From Lama glama (Eukaryota), in the NCBI GenBank assembly GCA_028534125.1, contig CM052817.1, forward strand, positions 24,864,001 through 24,928,000: 64,000 nucleotides of DNA. Reading direction: 5' to 3'. Of this stretch, positions 1 through 13,681 are shown one piece after another. The notes beneath the pieces are model-generated. The model had not been told where the DNA came from. It saw only the letters and a list, made by a program, of their open reading frames with translations, and ran no database searches. Every line of letters starts with the position of its first letter. Positions within the stretch are counted from its first letter, which is position 1. The position numbers and the translations under genes were made by a program.

Positions 1-50
1 AGCTTTGGAATAATCCACTGATCTGGAATTTCTTCCGCCTTATTTTGCAG

Positions 51-153
51 TGATCCTGAGCAGCTGAAGAGAGAACTAAATGAACTAGTCAGTGCTATTG
101 AAGAACATTTTTTCCAGCCACAAAAGTATAACCTGCAGCCAAAAGGAGAGTGA
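51..153 (+). CDS. PGM2: Phosphoglucomutase-2 (phosphopentomutase), last coding exon
   Basis: Acceptor tattttgcAG ends at 50. From 52 the frame reads DPEQLKRELNELVSAIEEHFFQPQKYNLQPKGE* (TGA 151-153), matching the recalled PGM2 C-terminus. PGM2-TBC1D1 adjacency agrees with known mammalian synteny. Confidence 0.93.
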
Positions 154-453
154 AATATCCCAGCCTTGGACATAATTGTGTTTACCTACAATGAAGCTGA
201 GCTTGATTTCTTAAGCAGTATTTTCGAGGGCCAAATAATTTAAGCTATTGCTGCAAGTATTTACATTTTTGTAATAGAACTACATTCCTCCTTGTTTTAT
301 GTTGGAACTTTAAGATAAATAAAGAAAGATGACCAAATCTAATAAGCCAACATTCCTACTAAAAGGTTGAGCCTGAGCAGCATCTGAATTTTAAAAATGA
401 AGATTTTAAAAACAGCTTTCAAAAATATATCATAATTAATATACTTTCATTAG

Positions 454-459
454 AATAAA
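454..459 (+). terminator. Candidate polyadenylation signal in PGM2 3' UTR
   Basis: AATAAA followed by U/GU-rich sequence (tttcttttct, tgttttatgtgt). A second AATAAA lies at 318-323. The true transcript end cannot be fixed from sequence. Confidence 0.45.
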
Positions 460-2030
460 TACCAAATATGTTTCTTTTCTAAAATCTGTTTTATGTGTAA
501 TTGAAATAGCCAGAAAGCCTATACAGTTACTAAATTCTGGGCTATCATATCTAGGGTAGCCACTTTTACATATATGTATATTTACATTTCGATCATTTGC
601 TTATAAAATAAGTAAATGAACAGATCAAATGTTGTGTTTAGGGAAAATACAATTTACAGGAACCTTTAAAGTGGAGCAGAAGATACTTTAAAAAGATAAG
701 GTTTTTTTGATTTAAAACTTCTTAGTTCTAATAATGCACCATTGTACATCATGTATGTGCTAGGGAAAAATAGCTTAACAATCTATGTTCAGTATGTTAA
801 CATTCCTTTTATCTCTTTAAATCTTGAATCAAACAGTTGGTTATGTGAAACTTGCAGAGTAGATTATTGCGGTTTTTTGCGTTAGCACAACTTAATGTAA
901 TTCTTAGTCCAAAGGCAGCAAGAAGTAACTGCAGTCACTACCTGACCTTGATTTTTCTTTTTGCCTTGTTGTCTTATGTTATCACATTGTAAAACCAGAC
1001 TTTTCCAGGTTCATTATTTAATCTGTGCCTTCTACCCTCCTCGTAACTGATGGCCTTATAACCTTCCAGAATGACGCCCACTGAGTACCCATGACCTAGG
1101 ACCAAAGTGTTCTTTATATACTTTTTAAATTGTATGTGATTTTTTTTTATTTTTCAAGGAAGTGATTGCCCATTATTATTATTATTAACTTAAATGGTTA
1201 TTAACAGTTTCAGAACGAGGAAAAATTACAGTCCTATTGACAGTTATGTTTCTAATGTAAAGGAAAGAATAGTTGTATATCCCACTGACACACCATGTGT
1301 GCCCTCCCAGAGCTCTTACATCTACAACATTCAGTATATTCAGTCGGCTGCTTCGTTGTAGAAGCCATATTTATTTTTGTTTGATAATATCTTCTAGTCT
1401 TAAACTGTACTCTGGAAAAAAGAAATGTTAGATCTGTGTCCTTTCTCCAGACATTTTTTTTTTTAGCACAAAAACTACCCCATGACAGTTTGTTTCTGGA
1501 AATGTGAAAGTGATTAAGATCCAGTCCTGCTTGATGGAGCTCAGGGTCTAACTGGAGGGCTAGTGAGTAACTAGAGTACAGATTCTGTAACAGAGTCATT
1601 TGCAAAGGACTCGGGCTTGAGAATTGTGAGAGAGGGATTCATTCTGCCCAGAGGAGTAACTGGCACCTGGGGATGGAGGGGAATGTCTTCTGGGCACAGA
1701 GCACAGCATTAGCAAAAGCCTAGAGGTGCTGGCACGTGTGGTGGGAAAGGGAGGAGGAGAGATGGTAAAAACGGAACCCAGATATAAACTTCAGGGTCTG
1801 CGCCACTTCTCTGCCACTCACATGAGCCATTCAGTTGGACCTAGAGGAGAGCCTCCTCTATTTCTCACTAATTCTTCAACTTTTTCTTGTTATTATGGGA
1901 AGCAGGGTAGCAACATGTGTGTAAAACTTGCAAGAGAAGGCCCCAGCATTCTATCTAACCTTGGTCCATTCTGAACCAGCTCCGTGACCATGGTCAGGTC
2001 ACCTAACCTCTTAGTCTCAATTTTGTTATT

Positions 2031-2432
2031 TTTTAAAGACTCTGTTAATTTTGTAAGGTAGTTCTAGGTTCACAGAAAAATTGAGAGGAAGATACAGAGA
2101 TTTCCCATATCCTCCCTTACCCCACACAGGCACAGCCTCCGCCCTTATCAACACCCCCCCACTAGAGTGGTGCATTTGTTACTACTGATGAACCTAAATT
2201 AACACGTTGTTATCCTCTAAATTCTGGAGACAAGAAAAAGGATCAGTGATTGCCAGGGCTTAAGGGGGAGGGAGGGATGAACAGGCAGAGCACAGAGGAT
2301 TTTTATGTCAGTAAAAAAACTTTTATGTATGATACTGTAATAATGAATCCATGTCATTATACATTTGTCCTAATCCACAAAATGTACAACAGCAAGAGTG
2401 AACCGTAATGTAAACTATAGACTTTGCGTGAT
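2031..2432 (-). mobile_element. Old L1 (L1MC-like) 3' end with inverted 5' segment, inserted in a MIR
   Basis: 2031-~2215 is the L1 3' terminus on the minus strand and ~2220-2432 is the adjoining upstream segment on the plus strand. Flanking near-TSD aattttgt(t/c)att at 2019-2030 and 2433-2444. Confidence 0.7.
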
Positions 2433-5020
2433 AATTTTGTCATTAGAATGAAGGATAATTTTGTCGTTAGAATGAAGAGATTTTACTCAATGGTCTCTGA
2501 GGTCGTTTCATGCTGCGGGTCTTTAAATTATATAAAAATCCACTAACGGAACCATCAGCAATAATAAATTATTGGCAGTTCTCTTTGGTGTAATGCTTAA
2601 CTAGCCCTCTTATAAGACCTAACATCTGAGATGGGAGAAAAACGCTTTGTACCAAAGAGACAGGCAGCCTTGAGTTCATAGCCCACCTTACCTTGCAGCG
2701 CAAAGGGAGGAGGTGCTGAAATGGGGGCTGAGGAAGGCAGAACCACGTGACATGCAGATGCCAGGGGAATGTTTTGTGGGGGCCTGGCTGCTCCCTCTGC
2801 CTTCTTACAGCTAAGCCTGCTTGGGGAAGACTGTCCGATTTGAATGTAGAGGTGGCAGCCCGTTGTCTCTTGGTGCCTAGAAAGAACACATCACAAGTTC
2901 ATTCTGAGAGACTGACTTGCAGGAGGAAATAAATGCAGGCCATCCTGTATGGTTTTTTTATTCATGGTGTCCCTGTGAAATAACAGCTGTTCTTTCCTTT
3001 GAGAAACATTGGCAGTACCTCTCATTTTATCTCATCAATTTAAGTCAATCATCATGCTATTAAGGGAAGGTATGGTTATTTCATAACATTGGAAACATGG
3101 TTTTTAAAATAAATGCTTTAAGTGACAAAACAAATGTATCTATCCTACTTTGAAGGGATTTTGAAAGAATGGCATCTAAATCGTATTTACAGTTTCTGCT
3201 TCCTAGAAGACTGCCTCCTCAGAGCTATTTGTGCGTTCACTCGTGTGTTCACTGACTGACTCATGCTTGAATTGTGCTATGAGCCAGGCACTTTTCTGGT
3301 ACTGGTAATAAACATGCATTTGTGATCTCACATTTAGTCTGGCAGAGGAAATCCACATGGACACAGAAGATTGCTGCATTGCAGTCAGCAAGTATTTGAA
3401 CTACGGGCAAGCAGTACTGTGATGTCTCCTCTTGGACTTGACTCTTTCAAGCAACATCATATTCAAATTCCTAACATTTTTGTTCAAAACAATTTGATTC
3501 TGGGAGGCTATTTGCATGCCATTTTCCTACATCATCCCTTGTTCCATCCTTGCTACAAGCATACTTATGGAGAGTAACTCAACTATTGAAAGCAAGACAT
3601 CACAGACAGGAAGTTTAAAATAACATCACTTCTGAAAACTTGTCCATGTAAGCAGGGGCAGTAACTGCTCAGATTCACTGGAAGAGAAACAGCCGTCTGG
3701 AGAGGTGAGGTGGCCCCTGACATGAGCGCATAGTGGCCAGGGTGGAGAGCAGTGTTGGGGGAACTGGTTTCTGGTGATCTGGCTTCCTTGCGTAGGTCCC
3801 TGAAGTGAAAGTTTGCGAAACAGCTAGCCACTTCCTGTTCACATCCAATGAAAGCTACGTTGGTGTTTGGTGCAAACTTGGTTCAGAATTGACTTGGGGA
3901 CACAAGACCCAAGAGCCAGCTCCAGGTCAGATTAAGCATTTGAAACTATTTCAAAATAGCATTGTGCAACTTCCAAAGGGAAGCTAGGGTGCCGGTTTAC
4001 AGAGATGACAAGGCCTGGTTGCATCCTTAAAATGCATTGTTCTAAACTATTTCACGTTAACTATTTTTTTTAAATCTGTAGGTGGCAAGAGTGAGGTGTA
4101 GCTCCAGATCTAATAAGTGTTCGTAAAACATAAGTAAACTTTCGGTGGAGGCTTGAGGGAATTACCTCCTTTGCTGATTCAGCAGGCTTCCTTGTTATTT
4201 TTCCCTTCTGAACACTGTGGGTTCATTCCCTGAGGTGGAATCATCGACCCTCTGCTCTCTGAAAGCGTCTTTATGCTCGAGCTGTAATGGCCCTTCTCTG
4301 GACACCACTCCAAAACACCTACACAGAACCTCCAATGACTTTACTATTTGACTTGCACCTTTTCCTTTTTAAACTTAGGGAGAATTTCAAACATACAAAG
4401 CCTAATGCAATGGCCCCCAAGTACCCGTCACTCAGCTATAGCAAATACTCCATTCACGGCTAATCCTGTTACATCTAAATCTCCCTTGGTCTCCGTCCAT
4501 CTACAGGGCAATTCTGAAGCATGTCATCAGTTATCCAGTCAGTGTGCCAATCTCTCCATTTGTCTCATACGTGTTGTTTACTCTGCTTGAATCAGGGGTC
4601 AAATAGTATCCAGTTACTGCTCTTGGTTGATAGGTCTCTTAAAATCTCTCTTAATCTATAAATTCGTATTTTTTTCTTTTCCTTTCTAAATGTATTCCAA
4701 ACAACCAAATGATTTGTTCTGTAGGGTTTCCCACATTTTGAATTTTGCTGGCTGCCTCCTCATGGTGTGTTTCACATATTTCTCTATGCCTTACATGTCC
4801 TATAAAGCGGTATGGAAGATGGAGAAGCGTGATCTGATTCAGGTTTGAATTCTTTTGATAGGAGTCGGGGAGTGACGGCACTCCCACCATGTCTAGTTGT
4901 TTTCCAAGTCCCATGGACTAGTTACCATCTGTCAGTTTGCCCACTCCTGCTCTGTGCTGTATAATAAAAGGGGAATCAGGTAAATGGCAATAGGGCTTCA
5001 TTAAAAAGAGGGATGAATCA

Positions 5021-5128
5021 GGGGGAGGGTATAGCTTAGCGGTAGAGTGCGTGCCTACCATGCACAAGGTCCTGGGTTCAATCCGCAGCACCTCTGCTAG
5101 AAAAATAAATAAATAACACCTGCCCCCC
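5021..5128 (+). mobile_element. tRNA-Ala-derived SINE (Vic-1-like)
   Basis: Pol III A/B-box head and A-rich tail. Perfect 18-bp TSD aaaaagagggatgaatca at 5003-5020 and 5129-5146, at a TT/AAAA L1 endonuclease site. Confidence 0.9.
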
Positions 5129-6629
5129 AAAAAGAGGGATGAATCAATGTATCCAGTGTCCTTACACAATCCTGCAAGACAGCTGGAGGCAGACCTCCCA
5201 CAGGAGGGGGCGGTAGGAGCTGATGAGCTATTTCAGTCAGAACTCACTCGTAGCTCACAGTAACCTTGATGACAGCGTACCCAACGCTCTTACAGAGCTC
5301 TCTTGGGCTCTGGGTGAGTTCAAAGAAAGGGATTTGATGCACTAGGTTCTTGGTGATTCCTTTTGATTGAATATTTGCTGGTTCTGGAACAAAATTACAT
5401 TTTTGTGTCAAGTTATGAAGACCAACCAACAACCGGAGAAATGTGAGCCAGGTGCAAGAATCCACAGAGAGAGCTGATGCAGGCTTTGCTTGAGTGGACC
5501 AATTGCATGGTGGATGTAAACACAAGGCAGAGGAAAGAGGACCATCTCCCTTCAGACTGCATGTGCTCTGGTATGCAACCCCCAATGGGAACAAAAATCT
5601 TTGTTAAGATCTCAAGAGATTTAAATGAGGTTGAGTTTGTGTGGCTCTTTGAGAAGGATGGTCTCATTTGAGATCTACATCCTATGTCTCTTCAGAGAGT
5701 ATGCATTTAGCAATTTCTGTGAGAAGGATGCTGGACAGAAAACTGTTAAATTACATGATGCCATGAAATTTGTTCTGGAGTACAAATTTCTGTGGCAAGC
5801 AACAAAAACCAATTTCACAAAATGAGATAAAAAGATTCTAAAAGGCTGGGAAGTCACCTAGAGTTTGGTCGAGGGTGTTTATCATTTACTCTCTGCCATC
5901 AATATCATCTCGATCTTCAGTAACAGAAAAAAGATGAGAGAGTTCTGCTTCGTTGAGAATCACCAGTTAGCAACACAAGTCAAAGGCTGACTTGACTGAT
6001 GAGTGGAAACTTAAATGAATAGAAAAATGCAGTTACAGTTGAATGGACTGAACTTGTGGAGGAAACAGACCCCAAGTTCGTGGCCAAAGTATCTGCTTTA
6101 TTTGGGAGAACCTTACCTAGGCCATTTTCTGAATTTAGAAAAATCAAAAAGATGAAGAAGTTGAAATAGCCTGCATTTGCAAACAAATGGTTGCATACTA
6201 GACACTTCTGTTCTACATCTGCCTTTCACCCCCTAGTTAGAGGAAGGACCTTTAAGAGGTTTCCAATGTTTTGCTAACATAACATAGCAATGAATAATAT
6301 TGTGTGTGTGTATAATCTTCCCTCTCATTCTAGTATAGGACAAACACTACTTTAACAGCTAACATACATCCTTGTTGAAAGAATGTCAAGAGATGATGTC
6401 GGTAAGAACACCTCATAAATTGCAATGTGTTAAGTATTACTGTCTCTGGAAATGAACACATTAGATTAATAAACCATGTTTCATAATTGCCCATTCAGTG
6501 TTTGCAGCTCTGTTTTAAAAAAATCAGTATCTTTTTGCTGCCCTCATTTCCCAGATGGTGACAGTAATTTTTAAAAGGAAAAAAAAAAAAACTGTATCAT
6601 TTCTAGGATGTGCCAGCTACAATTCACTG

Positions 6630-6770
6630 GGTTCCGGTTATGGGCTCTAAAGCCAGACCACCTGACTTTCAATTCCAACTCCCTTACTTTCTAGCTATGT
6701 GATGTTGGGCAAATTTCTTAGCATCTCTAAACCTCAACTCCCTTATTTTTGTAGTGGGGATGAAATCCAT
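6630..6770. mobile_element. MIR SINE relic (representative; others near 11860-12050, 20950-21150, 21380-21590, 26400-26570, 34590-34760, 52930-53110, 59070-59290)
   Basis: MIR core-like words such as gtgatgttgggcaaatttcttagcatctct here and ctcagtttcctcatatgtaaaatggg near 52960. Confidence 0.65.
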
Positions 6771-9740
6771 TCATTTGTTGCAAAATACTTGCTAGTGGTG
6801 TTTCAATTGTCTTAGATCGTAGAGGTCACTAATTGATGATCAGAGAGAAATCTAACATTGTCAGCAGAAAAGTATCACCTGTTGGAGAAAATACACATGG
6901 GGGACTGTGCCCCATGGATGACCTGCATGTGGACCCATTATTGTTCCTACCTATAAGGAGATAAAAGTTTGGGGAAATGAGACTCACACAGGACCTATGG
7001 GAATTATTGAAGAAAATATGGATTAATTATTTTGTAATCTTGGAGTGTAATCTTTCTAACCATGACTCAAGTTATAAAGAAAGGATTGAAAAATTTGCCT
7101 ACATGAAATAAAATCTTTTGCCCAATGATAAACTGGGCAAAAATGTTTGCAACTTGTATCACGAAGGGCTTCACTTCCTAATGTACAAAGAGCCCCTAGA
7201 TATTAATGACAAAAAAGATCAACAACCCAATAGAAAATAGGGCAAATGATAAAGAAAGATAGTCCCCAGAAAAGGAAACACAAATGGCTCTTAAATATGT
7301 TTTTCTAAAGTGTTCAAGATAATTTTTTTACCCCTCTCTGTTTCCTGTGGCATTTTAGTTGTACATTCAGTTTCTATTTTTTTTGTAGTTACTCTTAGAC
7401 TCTTAACATATTTTCTTAATGACATCTAAAGTTAGTATCTCTAACCTCTACCCAGTATTATTTATACTGAAATTTTAATTTTTGCTTAGATAGTACATTC
7501 AAGTGGAAGAAAATTCAAAATGTGCAAAAGGTATATAGACAGTGAATTATCTCTAGTCTACCATTATTCACAGCCACTTGGGTGCTATGCATGAAGGCAA
7601 TCATCTTTGCCAATTTCAGTTGTATTCTTCCAAAGATCTTGTATATAAAACAATGATGTAATAGAGTCTTTTATTTTGATTTATTTTATCCAAATGGTAG
7701 GATGCTGTACACACTGTTCTACACGCTGCTTTTTTCACTTACCAGTTGTGAAAAAGTGTTTTAATGTTTACAATTATTCACTGCTTTCTCTGTAGATGGA
7801 ACTTTTGAAAAATCCACATTCATTGTTATAACCCACTGACATTTGCAGTTGTTAATAAAGAAAAATCTGACTCATGTAGAAATAAGTCTATTCTATATCA
7901 CACTTGGAAATATATTTTGATGGCCAAATAATATTCCAGTGTATGGATGTAATGCAATCTAGGTAATCATTTCCCCTACTGATGAATATTGAGGTTGTTG
8001 CTAATTTGTGCTCTTTTAAACAACGCAGCAGTAATAACCTGGGCACGGATCATGTCACATGAGAGTGTATCTGTGAGATAATCCACCTAAGTTTTAAAAC
8101 CCTTAAGAATTAGTTAGTTTTTTTAATTTTTCCTGTTTTACTGAGATATGATTGACATACAGGACTGTATAGGTTTAAGGTGTATAGCATAATGATTTGA
8201 TTTACATTCATACTGAAGTGATTACCACAATAAGTTTAGTGAAGATTCATCACCTCATCAAAATTATGATTTGTGAAAGTTAATGCCAATGTAGGTTCAC
8301 CAACTCTTTGCTACTTTGATTCATCTGTCCTAACCCTTCTTGCTGAAGCACATATTTTAGAGGCTGTTTTTAGTCTTGGCCTGAAAATCTCATTAGTCGC
8401 CCTCACTCATTGGTAATAGTTCTGCCAGGTAGCTCTAAGTTGATGTTTATTTTTCCTAGCACTTTGAAGTCACTGTTGAATTATATTCTGACCTTTTTAG
8501 CTTAGGACCACAAGTACGCTGTTATTTAGCTGTCATCTCTTTGAAGACAGTTTTTGTTTTTTTTAAATTTCTGATTGCTTTTTTAAATCGTGTTTTTATT
8601 ATGGAGTAAAATACTTGTAAATAAATTGCACAAAATCTTAAATGTGCAGCTCAGTGACTTTTCGGATTTTATACTTCGATCGAAACATAAGGATATAAAC
8701 CGTGTTCAGTATCTCAAAGGTACCCTCATGCCCTTTTCAATTGGAACCCTTTCCCCTTCAACCCCCAGAGAGAACCACTATTTAACAGCTGGCACCATGG
8801 ATTCGTGTCTCCTGCTCTTGAACTTCATATAAGTGCGATTGTATTTTTTGCTCAATATTTGATCACTTTCAAGACTTTTTTTTTTTTTTTTGCTCTTTGG
8901 TGTTTTGCCATTTCAGTATGATATGAGGTTTCTATAGTCACTGTTTCCCATTTCTTTATCTCTGCCTTGCCTTCTCAGCGGGAACTGGATCTATCTTCCC
9001 ATTCACTAATCTCTAGTTAGCTTTTTCTAATCTGCTATTCAAGCCTTCTTTGGAATTTCAAATTTCAGTGTTGTTACTTTTTTAAAAACTTCTAGAAGTT
9101 ATATTTGATGTCTTTTCAAATCTACCTTTTCTTTACTATTAGTGTCCCATTCCATCTTCTTGGTTCCCATTTTTGGTTTTTGTTTATGAATAACTCTTAC
9201 TATGCTGGCTTTAGTCTCTCAGCTTGTTCTGTAAAGTGCTTGAGATGCCATTTTCCAGTTTGTGGTGTGTGTTGACTGGCCAACACAGTGGATTGTTTTC
9301 TCATGTTGGTGAATTTGCTTGTTTTCCTTTTCAGCAGTGGGCTTTTTTTTTTTTTTGTCCTTCTGTTTTTGTTTCTTTTCATTTGTGGGATTCCCTTGTG
9401 CCCTACGTTGTAAAAATGTTATGACAAAGCGATTCTATATTTATTTCTGCAAGGTCCCAGGAGTTTCACTGTTTTGTTTCTGTTGGGTTTGTTTTTACCT
9501 ATTTTTTTTGTTCTCTTTTGTGATCTTTCTTTTAATGGTTAATTGCCTTGCATGCCTATAATTCCAGTTATTAATTAATCATAAGATACTATTTATGTGT
9601 AAATAATACATTTCAAAAAGATTTGTATAAATTTATATCTAGTGACATAGTGCTACCCAAACAACTAACCAGTTGATCTTAAAATTGATATGAAAGCATA
9701 AAGGGTAACAATAAACAAAATAATACTGAAGGAGAAATAA

Positions 9741-10238
9741 TGTTGGGAGAGAATGCTCCGTTGGTCTTGCATTCCTGCACATCTCCTCAGCAGATGCTCT
9801 GACGGATTTTTTTCCTGACTATCTTTTCAAAGATGTTTGTATAGCAAATAGCTTTGGAAGATAGAGATGGTGTTCCTCTCCGGGGCATGGGTAAGATTTG
9901 TTTGATGTCCAGGATATTTAAGAAGCATCTCCGTCTGGGGAAAAGGACAGGCAAGTTTGCTAGCATCCCCCTTTAAAGTTTGGGGTTTCCCAGGCATGGG
10001 TTCCTCACAGTGACATGTGCGGAATTCATCTCAGCTCTTCCGCATCACACTTGGGACTTGAGGGCAAGAGTTACTGAGGTGAACATGAAGTTTATGCTGC
10101 CTGCTGTGCCGTGAGCAATGAAGTCCTCTGCTTCTGACTCACCAGCCTCGAATGTCTCCTACTTGTATTCATGAGTCAGTGACAGGCTAACTTAGCTTGC
10201 AAACAGATCAAGTCTCAGACTCTTCACAGTTCATAACA
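9741..10238 (+). mobile_element. Solo LTR (ERVL, MER54/MER73/MER74-like)
   Basis: TG...CA termini (tgttggg...cataaca), ~500 bp, shares blocks with the element at 29330-29741. Confidence 0.65.
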
Positions 10239-10664
10239 ATAGGAAGAGGGGAATTGTGCTGCCAAATACTAGGATTTTATAAAGATACGGTAAATAAATT
10301 TGACAAAGAGATGGACAAATAAACTAATGGAAGGAAATAACAAATAAGCACATGTATATAGAAGAAATTGGTATATGACCAATGTGGCACCATAAGTCTG
10401 TAAGGAAAGCACTCCTGAGTAGAAAATTCTGGAACAATTGGCTATCCAGATGGAAAACCTAAAATTAGATCCCTACCTCAAACCATATTCAAAACTATGT
10501 GGAAAAGTAAATTGCAGTTGGATTCAGGATCTAAATATGAACAACACTTTAAAAAATTCTAGAAGTTAATTGTAGGAAATTGTCTCTATGGTGTCATGGT
10601 AGAGAAGGGGTTCTTTAAGAGACACAAAAAGCCCAAACCATAAGGCAAAAGACTGCCACATTCA

Positions 10665-10808
10665 GGGGGGAGGGTATAGCTCGAGTGGTAGAGCTCATGC
10701 CTAGCATATACAGGGTCCTAGATTCAGTCCCCAGTATCTCTTCTAAAAATAAATAAATATGGAAACCTAATTACCCTCAAAATTAAAAAAATTTTTAATT
10801 AAAAAAAA
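10665..10808 (+). mobile_element. tRNA-Ala-derived SINE (Vic-1-like)
   Basis: ggggggagggtatagctcgagtggtagag head, aaacctaattacc tail motif, degenerate TSD. Confidence 0.85.
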
Positions 10809-11174
10809 GAATACTACATTTGTATAACGAAAGCCAGTGTAAACAATGAAAAGACAACCCAGTCTGGGAGAAGATATTTGTAACCTCTGACCCCCAGCCC
10901 ACCCCCCAACCCCATCGCTACTCAGTGTCAAACTACAAGCTTCCTTAATTCTGGACCAAGGAGTAACTTTTTTTCTAGTTCCCCTCTCACAGAGATACAG
11001 TCCTTTTCATGTGTCTTGGACTCGAAGGGATAAGATAGGACCATGAATAAGAACAAGAGACTTGAAAAAAGAATGCAATAGAGCTTTAAAGGGAGAAAAA
11101 ATTGAAAAAAAGACAACCGAGTCAGTTCCAACTTCCTGCCTCCTATCAGCCCAGGTCCACATTTCCAGGTGCCC

Positions 11175-11175
<1 letters not shown>

Positions 11176-11221
<46 letters not shown>

Positions 11222-11255
11222 TGTGTGTGTGTGTGAGAGAGAGAAGAGAGAGAGA
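11176..11255. repeat. Compound (TG)n(GA)n microsatellite
   Basis: Directly visible. Confidence 0.97.
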
Positions 11256-13270
11256 TTAAACCACTGGGGACTTCAGGGGCTGCTTTCTGCTCTTCCCAGT
11301 TCACCAAGGAAAATTCTTTTAATACTTAGGAAATGCTCTTTTCCTTCTTTGGAGTGCAACTCTGTATTTAAAAACTTCTTGCTCTATTTTATCTACCACT
11401 AATGTCCATTTGAATTGTGAGCCTTCTCCACACCTGTGCAGTCCACAGGCTTCCAGAATTGGCCCATCCCTGACCATGCTTTCCTGCACACCCTGCTGGT
11501 TCCCAGCAAAATCTCATTTTAGGGGAACAGGACTTGAAGGAGTTTTGAAAGACTTCTAAGTTGTTAAATTTCAGCTTGAAAAATGTTCCTGGCTTTGGAG
11601 AAGTTTTCCTGTCCTTGCTGGAAAAAACTTGACCATTTAAAAGAGAACAATGTTTCCGACTTTTTCTTTTCAGCAATCATGATAACTGCTTATGAAGCGG
11701 CATAAATGCTGAATTCCTGAAGTCACAGTTTCCAATGAGATTGGGGTTACGTGAAATAGCCTATTAGGGTAGCATCCTGTTCTCCCTATAGATAGAAGAG
11801 GAAAGAAAGCTGATAAGACCCAGAGAAGAAGGAAAAGGAGACACTGCAACTCTGAAATATAACAATAATGGCCTGCTCTACTACGTGCCAGATTATGTTT
11901 TAAGTATTTTGCCTTTATTAGCTCACTAGTCCTATGGACAACATCGTAAGGTAAGGACTACCATTTTTATCTTCACCTTATGAGTGGTGACATTGAGAAC
12001 CAACAGAAGTCAATTAAGTAATTTGCCCAAGTTTACAAACCTGGAAAGTATCCATGGACCCTGAGGGTGGTCAGTGAGACAGGAATGGGGTCTTTCTCCA
12101 AAGGAGCATCCAAACCTAAAGGGGCTTCTGTGGTTATGGAGCATTAAAGGGAAATTTAACACAGATTTGTGGGGTCTTGTCACTGGTTATAGGAAGAACT
12201 GAGCTGTGATGATAGGTAGCTGATGTTGAGGTCCAGGGGCAATCGTGTTGCATGCCAAATGTAAATGGAATTTTGAAGCCCAGGATAGATAACATGACAC
12301 CAAGAAAATACTCACAACTCAAAAGCATCTTTCTGGGTGCTAAGAAGAGCTGTAGATGTTATTGTAATACACTGTGTGCATCTTGGTGAACTTGGAATAT
12401 GGGAAAATTGCCAGGAAATACAGATTTGGAAAATACATTACCCACCTGTATTAGTTAGCTTTTCCTGCGTAAGAAACCACCCCCAAAATGAGTAGCTTAA
12501 GGCAATAACCAATTAATTAGCATATGCTGTGGATTGGCAATGTGGCCTGGGCTGAGATACACAGTTCTGCTTTGGGGCAGGCTTAACTGGGCTTGGTTGA
12601 GGCTCACTCATCCTGTGTTTGCAGGATAAAGAATAGATAAGAGATGAGTAAAAGAATTACCAAGAGGTAGCAGAGCCTAGATAAGGTTGAGTGACTTGGA
12701 ATTGTAAGGAAACTGAATAATCTTTTAACCTTTCCGTCCCTTCCTCCCTGTCTCCCTCCTTCCTTCTTTCTTTTCTTCCCTCCTGCCTTTGTTTCCTCAA
12801 GTTCTGATTCAATATTGAGGAATAAGGCTGACTCTGTCCTCTATATGTATTTTAATACAGATGAGAGACCCCAAAATAAAGAGCAGGAATAAACTTTATT
12901 TTTAATATAAAGGCTTTGTCCATAAGAAAATAATGCACATTTATTATAGATAATTAGAAGAATATAAAAATATAAAAATTCAATGAAAATAATCATTTTT
13001 GTGCCCACCAGTAAAGTTGAAATGAAAGGAATAGCAAGTGTTTCTCACCATCCGGGGGGGTCTTCTTAGGGGAGAATAAATCTGTTTCAAACTGCTTTTC
13101 CAAATCAATGTTTTAATAAAAAAATACATGAAAAGTCCAGTTAACAGACAACACGGCATCGAAACCCTTGCTTTGCAGGGTTCCCACGCTGCAGCACCTG
13201 CTGTGTGGTAAGAGCTCCACCAAGGAGCGCCAAGTCACACCCCATCCTGCCTTCTTTTCTCTTAAAGAAC

Positions 13271-13681
13271 TGGTGCAAGAGGCCGCATGGATGTGGACAA
13301 AGTTGCACAGGCCACTTAGAACTTCTTCCCTCCTTTCTTGGTGGTGAAGGTCGTCGAGAGGTCGTGACCTCCAGTTGACCCACCCCTTGCTCTGTCCATG
13401 GAATGCGCATTCTGCCTGCCTTCCCTGAACAAGAAGCTTCCGCAAGGACGCAGCCTTGAGATAGTAACGTGATGTAGAGACCAGCTGACGCCAGGTGAGG
13501 CCTCTACGTTAACTTTTAAGATTCTGATGGGCAGGTACAGAGACCTGCTGGTCTTGTGGTTGCCCAGGACCAGCCCCTGTGTAAGTTCCCTTGCCTATTA
13601 AAACCCCACCTACTGGAGTGGCCTGCCCCTTTCTTTGGTTTCTCTTTGCCCTTGTGTTTGGGGCCATTTTATGAACCAACA
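13271..13681 (+). mobile_element. Probable solo LTR, family not assigned
   Basis: TG...CA termini (tggtgc...ccaaca), ~410 bp, ATTAAA at 13597-13602 followed by a pyrimidine-rich U5-like segment. No clear TSD. Confidence 0.45.

Larger units (their letters stand above)
9620..10885 (+). mobile_element. Decayed L1 ORF2 fragment interrupted by an LTR and a SINE
   Basis: L1-like words ggaacaattggctatcc, aaaattagatccctacctcaaaccata, tgggagaagatatttgtaac. A-rich plus strand. Confidence 0.65.

Noticed and set aside
7116..7142. 9-bp inverted repeat ttttgccca/tgggcaaaa
   Set aside because: Short, lies in an L1-like relic, expected by chance.
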